56,180 nt of DNA from Deltaproteobacteria bacterium (GTDB lineage Bacteria > SAR324 > NAC60-12): contig NYUB01000088.1 in NCBI GenBank assembly GCA_002683785.1, forward strand, positions 5,160 to 61,339. Reading direction: 5' to 3'. Positions 56,019-56,180 of the stretch are shown piece after piece. Under the pieces are notes generated by a model, which saw only the letters and a list, made by a program, of their open reading frames with translations, made no database searches and had not been told where the DNA came from. The translations under genes and the position numbers were made by a program. Numbering within the stretch: position 1 is the first letter of the stretch; every line of letters starts with the position of its first letter.

Positions 56019-56180
56019 TAATGATTCCATGATACTAATATTATTCATTTTTTTTAAGTATCATCTCCACCAATTCAGAAGACAACTCGCTTGACTAACA
56101 CAAAACACTCACAAAGTGAGGTTTGTTATGTCATGCAAGCATCTCGTCAAACGTAAAAACTCCTCTGTATATCATTATCG

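Noticed and set aside
1-56180. CRISPR arrays, rRNA, intact tRNA, transposases/integrases, and the many antisense or alternate-frame track ORFs (e.g. 31477-32214, 37047-37721, 43915-44571, 13591-14202)
   Set aside because: No repeat-spacer periodicity, RNA genes or recombinase motifs were seen; the shadow ORFs overlap well-supported genes and have no family features.

Overview
Bacterial chromosomal window of roughly 50% GC. The gene content suggests a marine Deltaproteobacteria-like/SAR324-type organism; this is inference and was not verified. Left part (1-20.7 kb): a flagellar cluster (flgI-flgJ-flgM-flgN-flgK-flgL-csrA-fliW), housekeeping genes (rsmG, xth, scpB, metC, bamD, cpoB, yggT), an unusual K+ channel fusion, and two selenoproteins that the ORF track splits at in-frame UGA codons. 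These are a membrane-anchored thioredoxin-like protein (UxxC) and a BCP peroxiredoxin (TxxU), each followed by a SECIS-like hairpin. Centre (20.7-50 kb): an aromatic-catabolism region with a class I benzoyl-CoA reductase cluster (had-oah-dch-bcrCBAD), a Rid protein, an ABC importer and two Fe/2OG dioxygenases. The most interesting unit is a cluster divergent from an Lrp regulator: two 526-aa AdmH/EncP-like MIO aminomutases, a beta-amino-acid-type transaminase, an internally deleted PaaK-family CoA-ligase pseudogene and a thiolase. Together they suggest a catabolic phenylalanine -> beta-phenylalanine -> benzoylacetate -> benzoyl-CoA route feeding the neighbouring reductase. Right part (50-56 kb): a patchwork of small genes and pseudogenes, a phasin-like gene with PhaR-like boxes, cell-wall and poly-gamma-glutamate hydrolases, and an orphan tRNA-Ala/tmRNA 3'-end fragment that looks like an att scar. 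All family assignments come from motif recognition and recall; no database searches were run.
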